A stretch of DNA of 63,469 bases, the filler included, from Bigelowiella natans CCMP2755 (Eukaryota > Protista > Cercozoa): NCBI GenBank assembly GCA_000320545.1. It is 5 parts of 5 records of this genome, joined end to end, with 100 filler letters (N's around TTAATTAATTAA, not from the genome) between each part and the next. Parts side by side here need not be neighbours in the genome. Positions count along the whole stretch, not along the records: positions 47,371 to 59,991 come from ADNK01003426.1; positions 60,092 to 63,469 come from ADNK01000650.1; 3 more parts are not named here. The stretch is one strand, 5' to 3'. Below, one piece after another: positions 54,989-63,469 of this stretch. The first letter of the stretch is position 1. Each line of letters begins with the position of its first letter. The translations under genes were made by a program, and so were the position numbers. The notes beneath the pieces were generated by a model that made no database searches, was not told where the DNA came from, and worked only from the letters and a program-made list of their open reading frames with translations.

Positions 54989-57371
54989 ATGAGCCCCAGG
55001 GGCAATGGGGTTGGGGTGGTCCCTCACCCTATGCTCCTCTTCTTCCTCTTCACGCTGATCGCCAACACTACAACCACCAATGGCTATGAGAAAGAAGGAT
55101 CGTCCATGAAGAAGTCTGGCCCCTCGGCCAAGCTGGAAGAATGGTTTGGATCGGCACCGCAAGAGAGTGCCGTGCTACTTGAGGAGGGCGACCCTGTACT
55201 TGAGGAGGAAGAGGGGGCGATGATAGGCCAAACAGAGGAAGACGACCATGTTCATGAACCCACTTTCTTCTTATATGATAGCAGCCAATCATTTCCGAAG
55301 ATAGCATACCACGGGGGGTCTAAAGAGTTATCACTCCAGCAACTACGTTCATCCGAGCACCAACTGGGCACGAACGACGAAGATGAAGAAGATTGGGAAC
55401 CTTCCAGCGAATCCGGAAGGAAACACGCTCGGTCCACCAGAAATGATAATAATAAAGAATTAAGAACGAAGAAAAGGAAGAACCTCAAAAAGAAAACGAA
55501 GAAGAAGAAGAAGAAGAAGAAGAAGACGAAACGTAACAAGAAGACACCGGCGGTAGTACCCGACAAAGCAAGCGAGTCTGAGAAAGATCGTATAGAGCAG
55601 CGAATTGAGATATTTGGGAGGAAAAACCTACCCACGGAGGCACTACTTAACCCACCTACTGGCTACTCCTATAAAGTCCCTGATGTCGACGAGCTGGATT
55701 GCGAAGAGGTGACTGTTGTTGTCTCCTCATGCCTTTTGCCGCACGCAGTTGTTCTGTACGCAATTTCTATGTCAAATCCAGCAGCGTAAGCACCCAGCGA
55801 TTGCAGTAACAATGAAAAGAAGAAGAAGAGAACGGAAAAGTATTTGGGGCTAATTCATTCTTTAGTGCAATGTCCTCTTTTTAACAACTGCACTTGGGCG
55901 ATTGCAGATGAATGGAAGGAGGGGAGGGGGAGGGGAGATGGATTTGGAGTCATAATTGATACATAAAGCGATAACAAGATCATTTATCATCACCCATCAC
56001 CCCTTTTTATTGTGGAAATAGTAATAGTAGCAGTAGTAGTGATAATGGTAATAATCTTCTCAGGGAGTAGTGAAGGCCTATGTTTCCTTCGATTCCTTAT
56101 ATTCAACGCCTAGCTTCACGATCGACCATCGTGGTGGTGGCAGTGCTGCTGATTCTAGACAAAGCCGTGACAGCACTACAGCCTCCTCCTCCTCCCCCTC
56201 CTCCTCTTCTTATTCGTTGCCTAGTCGTGTCTACGTCCCAAAGCAGATATGGCAAACACCTCCTCAATTTGACGATAAGATGTACCGCCTCTCCGCATCG
56301 CACGACTTCATCATCTGGGCGGTTAGTCATGCAATACCAATCACTCACAACTAACAGTAAGAAGAAACGAAAGGAGAATAAGGACCAAGTAAGATAGTGA
56401 TGAAAGTCATTGGGCGTTGTCCTCTCATTGACCCCCAACATAACGCATTCTCTCAACTTGTGAGCGCATTGTCAAACAAACGCTACTTTTGCTGTTTTGG
56501 CGATGATGCATCACCGACAATTAGGATGGAGAAGGCCGCGTATCAGAGTTGTACTATCAAGAATCAAATGAGCTAACACTGCGCTCCCACTTCAATAAGA
56601 CGTACGTACTACCAGAACAAGCAACGATTACACGAACATATACAACAACTCTTAACAAACCCACGATGCGATGAAAGAAAGCTTGTGCTGCATTTATGCA
56701 ATTTTCCCAACATTATTCGCTGCTTCTTCTCCTTCTCGTTGTTATGCCTTACGGCCTACCTCCCTCCCCCACCCCCCCCCCGCTCTTTCCCCTCAGCTCT
56801 AGCGCTCAGACAAAATTGCTGTCGCTTATAGTCACGAGCTCTCCTCGGTAACAGCATATCTACTACTACTACCACCACCACCACCACTATCACTACTAAT
56901 ACAGCTGCTCGCGGTTTGCATGCAACTCGCAGCGAAAAGTAAGGGGAGGGGGCGGGGTGATACTCAAAATCGTGGAGATAGGCACCTGCTGTAGCAGTAT
57001 CACCAACCAAGCATCATCATAATCATTATCGCCATTTTTATCACCGTGGTTATGATCATCGTCGCCGCTGCAATCCCCCTCCTCCTTCCTCCTCCCTCCC
57101 CCCCCCCCTCTTCCTCCTCATCATCAACAAGGTACCGCGTTGTTGGGATCGATTCAGAAGGCCGCTTCCTCGCACGGTGTTTCCGAACAGAGTCAACCAT
57201 AGACTGCACGGCGCTAGGCAATAACCTCCTCGCCGGCTCTCCGACTTCTACTACCTCTTCCAGTACTAAAAGTACCAGCAACCGTCGGCGCCGTCGTAGC
57301 ACGAGTAGCAGAGAGCGCAGGAGTAGTGGCAGCAGCAGCAGCAGCAGCAGTTCTTCTCCCAAAGCAGCGGA

Positions 57372-57403
<32 letters not shown>

Positions 57404-59090
57404 ACAAGAGGAGGAGGAAGAGGAAGAAGAAGTCGATGGCCAAGGTGAAGAACACCAAGGCGGCAAGGGACTACTCCTCCTCCTCTTCCTCATCGTCGCA
57501 CAGCACTACTAGTAAAAGCGGTAGCAGACGGAGGAGAAACAAATGGCGGAGCACTCGTGATGAGGACGAAGATGGGGGGGGGGATGGGCTCGCCCGCAGT
57601 AGCGCCAGCGACGGCGATGCTGTTGATGATGAAGAAGAGGGTGCTGATGGAAATCATCACACCGCGACGGTGGAGGAGGGTGAGGAGGGAGGGGAGGGAG
57701 GGGAGGAGAAGCACGGAAGGAAGAAGCAACACAGCTATTTCTGGCTGGTAATGATGTGAGAGAGCCCTTTCCATGCTTGAGCTTGCTGCTGTCGTCACGG
57801 AGCAGCATGATGATGATGACGATGATGACGACGGCCAAGGCTAGATAATAATAAGAAGAATAACAACTCTTTACTATTTTTATTATTATTACCATTTGGG
57901 CAGGACCTTGGTTCTGCAATGCCGTCCTACAGCTTCAAGGTTGGCTAACTTTGATGATATAAACATGTGTGGGAGGGGGTGAGAAAGAGGCGGAGGAGGA
58001 GGAGGAGGAGGAGGAGTGTGCTTCTTATCGTATCATACCGATTTATATCGTCGGGATGTTGCTCTACCGACCTTCATTCACGTTGGATCATGATTCATGC
58101 TCCTCATACCCCCCCCCCTTTTTATTTCCTACTCTTCCCGTTCATTGATTTCACTAGGGGGTAGTCGTCGTATCTTTGGACTCGCAGCGATTCTTCCTCT
58201 TAACGAAGACAGGTCATCTCGTCTCTATGGAAACGGACAAACGGATGGTAGGAGCAGCAGCAGCAGTAGTAGTAGTAGTAGTAGAAGTAGTAGAGCAGCC
58301 ATTATTTGCTGATTGCTGTATGTGCATGCTTTAGTGGGTATAGTGTGTTGATGATGACGACGAAAAGCAGTCGTTGTTTGTGGCTTTTCAGTGTGTGTGT
58401 CATATCCTATTCTTTGTTTGTATCATTACCTTTAACTACCAATCATCGTCGTCGTCATCATCATATCATGAACCTACTACTACTACTACTGCTACGACTA
58501 CTGTTTTGCTCATTCATTCTCCATAACGCATCATCGCAGCCGCACCGCACACACGCACGCACATATAGCCGCCCCCATCATTACATCAGGCAAGCTGGAA
58601 GACATGGCCCCCTCCCCCGGGAGACGTCTCACTTGAGATCATTGCAGACGCGCAAGTAGCCACACCTAGAGGTATCTCCCCTCCCCCCCCCTTTCCCTTC
58701 CTTCTCTTCTTGGTAGTATCATCAGGTAGCTATTCGTAGGTGATAATGCTTCTTCGCCTAATTCGTCCTACTATGATTATCATCACCATCATCATCATCA
58801 CTATCATCACCATCATCACCATCACTATCATCACCATCATCACCATCATCATCATCATCGTCATCATCATTAGGCGTATTCGTGATAAGTGCAGACGGCA
58901 GCTTGTGGCAGCTGCAAATTGACGGAAATGATGACGACGATGATGATGATGACGATGATGATGGTGATGGCGATGGTGATGACGATGACGGTGACGATAG
59001 CGACGAGGAGGATGATAATGACAATGCATGGGAAATGCGCCAGCAAACAGCAAATCGATGGATCTGCCACTATCATCCCGAGGTAGAGTT

Positions 59091-59126
<36 letters not shown>

Positions 59127-60552
59127 GTTATTGTCACCACTTCGTTGCTATCACCATCACCACCACCATCATCATCATCATCATCATCATCGTCATCATC
59201 ATCATTTATGAGACGTTGATGGCTGCCAAGGTGAACATATGGTGATACTGATGCGTGGTGGTGGTGCTGCTGCTGCCATTGCTGAGCAGGAAACGGGTCC
59301 CCTCGCTCTCATGGAGGCACTTGCTGTTCAGCGTGGTGATTCAGGTATCTGTAGTGGAGCCACCAGCAGCAGCCGCAACAGCAGCAGTAGCCGTGATGAT
59401 GATGACGACGACGACGAAACCAAACATGCTACTCGCTTGCTTTGGCTATCATCCTCCTCCTTCTTTCTTCTTCCCTCCTCCTCTTCCTCCTCCTCCTCCT
59501 CCTCCTCCGCAATACCTGCTAATAACATGCTTCTTTCTTTCTTTCTTTCTCTCTGTCTTTTTCCTCCGTACACACACAGGGTCGCTGTTTCTTGTAACTC
59601 GATCCGGGGTACTTGTAGAATGGCGCGTGAAGGAGGCTAATGGCGGAATAACCAAGAGGAAGAAGCAAAAGAAGGACAGCAACAATGCTAACAAGAGAAC
59701 GACGAAGAGGCGAAGTACCAGGCAGAAGAAGATGAAGAAGAAGAAGATGAAGAGGAGGAGGAGGAAGAAGAAGAACAAGATGACGTCGCCCCCCCACCCC
59801 ACAACAGCCACGGCGCAGAAGCACAAAGTCAAGGCGAGGAGAGCGAGCGATTCGAGCTCCTCAGGGTATTTCATTTCAGTAATGATGGCAGCAGCAGTGT
59901 GTGAGAGTGGTTGCTGGGAGGAGGAGGGGGAGGAGGGAGGGAGGGGGGGGGGGAGAAGAGATTTTGGAAGCAACAATAAAGATTCCATTTTNNNNNNNNN
60001 NNNNNNNNNNNNNNNNNNNNNNNNNNNNNNNNNNNTTAATTAATTAANNNNNNNNNNNNNNNNNNNNNNNNNNNNNNNNNNNNNNNNNNNNGGGCCCCCC
60101 CCGGGGAAAACTCCCCCATGAAAAAAAAAAAGGAATAACTAGTGACCCCCCCTCCCCCCCCCAAATTTTTCCAAATCTCGCTTAGAGTCTTCTCCCCCCC
60201 CCCCCACGGACCCCTCACCCCCTTTTTTTAGGAGACTACCATTATCTTCGGCGGGGGTGGCAAAATTTCCCCTAACCCACTACATGAGACAGGGGGGAGA
60301 AACGAAGTATGGAGGTTGGGGGGGGGGAGGAGGAAACACAAAGACGATTATGATAATCACGTAGCAGAAGCAGCTACATCGTCACTACTTATTTTTGTGA
60401 TGGGGCATTTGCACAGAGAGGGCCAACAAGCAGACAGATTGCACGCAACGACTGAGTGCGTGAGGAAATACGAACAGTGGGATGATGGTGCTATCGATGA
60501 TGTTGTGTGTTGGAGATATCAGCTTCAGGAAAAGAGTCTTACGCTCGCTTGA
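54989..60552 (+). CDS. Large secreted low-complexity protein, possibly with beta-propeller-like segments; interrupted by a gap, end uncertain
   Basis: Signal-like MLLFFLFTLIANT; poly-K/S/D/E tracts interleaved with beta-strand-like exons (YRVVGIDSEGRFLAR, SLFLVTRSGVLVEWR, LWQLQI). A possible last exon lies at 60417-60552. Confidence 0.5.
59992..60091. other. Assembly gap with artificial linker
   Basis: N44-TTAATTAATTAA-N44. Confidence 0.97.
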
Positions 60553-60628
60553 GCCACTCGAAGCTTGTCATCGGCTTCATCTACACGTCCAGGCAGGATT
60601 CATAATGCATATAATAAGTGAGATGAAG

Positions 60629-60675
<47 letters not shown>

Positions 60676-60728
60676 GTAGTGGACTTCGTCCATTTGGAAT
60701 GAAGATAATGTGTACACATAAATCAACC

Positions 60729-60769
<41 letters not shown>

Positions 60770-60901
60770 ACACACTTACAGAGCGAGTACGCATATAGGG
60801 CATTCGCCAGAAAGACGACGCATGTCACGATACAATTTCCAAAAAGACCCCCCCCCCCCCAACTTAGCCCGAGCAAACACTCTCAATCACTCCCGGAGTG
60901 A

Positions 60902-63030
60902 TCTATTTCCATTCTCCCTTCCTGTTGCGCCACCTGTTTTGATTCCTCTTCGCGCGGCTTGGTGAGGATGTGCGCGTTCTCGACGAGCTCTTGCGGGTCG
61001 TAGAAGATCGAGAACAAGTAGTGAAGCTAACGTACATCGGGTGAGGGCCCGTTATCATCACAGTAGAGATGGAGGAAAACAATAGCCAACCATATCGTCA
61101 GAACGACTGCCAGATAGCGTGAAGCAGCAAGTAGTTTGCTACTGATGGTGAGATCGATGGTAGTGACCTCCAAGGAGTATTATTCCCCGAACATAAAAAC
61201 GAGCCGTTGCAACGCACCTGGTAGACGCTAACCATGCCTTTTCCATTCTTCGAGAGGGGCTCACATAGTTTCTGTTTGAACCAAAACAAGACCAAAGCAC
61301 ATCGCGCAACATCGTTAGCAGCAGCAGCAGCAACAACAACAACACACAACGACGACAGCACGACAACACCAACTGTAGGTCTCCACCATGCAGCAGTAAT
61401 ACGAGCGACATTTACCATCGGTAGTAGTATACTACCTTGCTTAGCTCCTCGATCTCTCGAGCTACCATTCCGTCGTACTGTTTACATCGAATCAAACCAC
61501 TTCTCTCATCATCCTCGCGTTTCATTCGTCATTAGGCAGCAGTAGCAGCGGCGGCGCTACGCAAGCCAAAACCATCACCATGAGCACCACCATCATCATG
61601 CTTCTTGTTGTTGTCCTTTGGCACTAAATTTCTCACCGATTTTAGTCCTCCTGCTCCTCCCCCGTGCTTGGACTCTACCATCTTACGTTCCTCTTGGACG
61701 GAGGTGCTGCTGCGGCGGCGCGGCCGGGGACCATTGAGCTCTGAATCCCCATCCTGTAGAGGATATCATTTTTACATGTTAAATGTATATTATATGCGCG
61801 ATTATGGAATATTAAGAGGGAGGGAGGGAGGGAGGGGGAGAGGAAGATCCCCACAGCACAATCACCACCAGCAGTATCATAAATGGCAATGAATACCGCG
61901 ACGACGAGGCCGTGGCGTTCGTGGCTGGAAAGACGTCGCAGCTTGGGCGGTGCCTCTCCATGCGTAACCATATACTCGACAGGATAGGCCGCGATGAAGG
62001 CCTCCCTGTATAACGATTGAGCAACGTGGTCAGTTCTAACATATTTCGAGCGGGGAGGGAGGGAGGGGTAAGGGGAGGGGAGGGGAGGGGAGGGGAGGGG
62101 TCGCCGACGATTTTTCCCGCTTCTAGTGGGTCAAGATACCTGATGGTGGAAAGCTCTGCGAGCTCATATTGCTTCTTGTAGAACTCTGCGTCCGCACTCA
62201 GCAGCTGGCCCAACTGGTACCCCCCCCCCCCGCCACACGCACACACCACAAACAACAACAACAACAAGGCAGCAGCGTATCATTGTGCCGAAGAGATGCG
62301 GAGGAACAGCATTCGTTCAACAATGCTACAAATGCCAACGACGCCTTTATCTACAAACACTCCATTAGCCCCCACCCTCCATGCATGTAAGTGTGAACGT
62401 CCGCTAGATTCCCCCGTGGTGGGATTGTGGTAATAATAGCAATAATAGTAGTAGTAATGATAATATTAGTATTGACTGCAATTTGAGCTACTACTACTAC
62501 CATCTTGACGGTGAGAGGGTCGTATTGCAGTTGAAGGGCCCACTTCTTCACGGTGTTCACGTTCAAGCCCGTCAACTCATCGCGGTAGTTATATCTGTGC
62601 GTAAGCGGTGGCGTTGATAAACGGTGACGACGATGATGATGAGGACGAAGAGGATGATGCTGCTGATGCCTCGAATTGGGAGATTTATCGCTCTCGTATA
62701 ACCCCAACGATGTACCATATTACCATCATCATCATTATCATCATCACTATCATCATCATTTGTACTCTATCGTGCATACATCTGTCATAATCCATCGCAT
62801 CTCACCCGTGGTATTCAAAGTAAGCGGCGTAATGCTCGAGGCCGACCTATACAAAACAAACAAACGAATAAATAAATAAAATAAATATTTATATAATTAG
62901 CGTGGGAAAGGGAGAGGAGCAGCTTCGGCATCACGGCAATAGTCGTTGACGTCGAGAATTGGAAAATTGCTCTGCAAAAAGTAGCAATGGTAGCGGCATA
63001 GAAGCATGGTGCATGGATATGCGCGCGCGC

Positions 63031-63062
<32 letters not shown>

Positions 63063-63194
63063 ATTATGCCGCGTACCCTTCGAAGATGGTCGTAGACTGT
63101 CATGCGGTCCGTAGGCTACAATTCAGAGAAGAAGGGGCGGGGGGGAAGGGGGGCAGGAGGTAGAGGTCGCTTCAACAAAAAATTGAGATTCTTA

Positions 63195-63240
<46 letters not shown>

Positions 63241-63469
63241 TTTATTTATATGTATTGCTTTCGTCGTATCTCACTCAAATACCTGCGGCTTGGTAGACTG
63301 CAACAGCTTTGGAATGCGATCAATGACCAAGCGCGGATTGGAGCTTTGTGAAGGGGGGTGGGAGGGGGTGGGGGGATCAGAGGGGCAGAGCCAGAGAGGA
63401 CTTTGGAGAACAGGAAATACTCTATTCGAAGTGTCTTCTTTATATTATATATATATATATATATATATA
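60902..63469 (-). CDS. 3' part of a multi-exon protein with a SAM-like segment (5' end beyond the window)
   Basis: VGLEHYAAYFEYHG|YNYRDELTGLNVNTVKKW resembles a SAM domain; further exons include KLCEPLSKNGKGMVSVYQ|LHYLFSIFYDPQELVENAHIL. Confidence 0.45.

Noticed and set aside
58730-59219. Many poly-H/M/I/D/S ORFs in all frames
   Set aside because: They are by-products of stop-free (CAT/GAT)n microsatellites; at most one frame is coding.

Overview
This is the left end of a linear eukaryotic nuclear chromosome or scaffold: 43 copies of TAACCC (TTAGGG telomere), about 1.1 kb of subtelomere, then roughly 17 intron-rich genes. Introns are full of microsatellites, and there are four artificial 100-nt gaps (N44-TTAATTAATTAA-N44). 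Several features suggest a chlorarachniophyte (Bigelowiella/Lotharella-like) nuclear genome, which is an inference: an EFL with a K/D-rich tail, a bipartite signal+transit leader on a plastid methyltransferase, and an R-finger septin. Genes spliced by hand include: a septin with an N-terminal signal-like leader, a secreted GATase-like-domain mucin, a large secreted protein with a CxxC/Tyr-rich motif, a 7-TM gustatory-receptor-like channel, a cyanobacterial-type MPBQ/MSBQ methyltransferase, a fused ATP-citrate lyase, a DUF6625-like glycosyltransferase, the 3' end of EFL, a WW-domain fragment, a LamG-like secreted protein, a Reeler-DOMON-cytochrome b561 reductase, a PH-domain protein and several hypothetical proteins. 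Best leads: (1) a possibly periplastid- or membrane-targeted septin; (2) the 7TM ion-channel (GRL) candidate; (3) two AT-rich coding-like islands, each with a 21-nt GT-AG segment resembling a nucleomorph intron; (4) a 74-bp nested palindrome; (5) 3' spacers rich in CTAG/CATG/TGCA words. No database searches were run, so all family assignments come from motif recognition.
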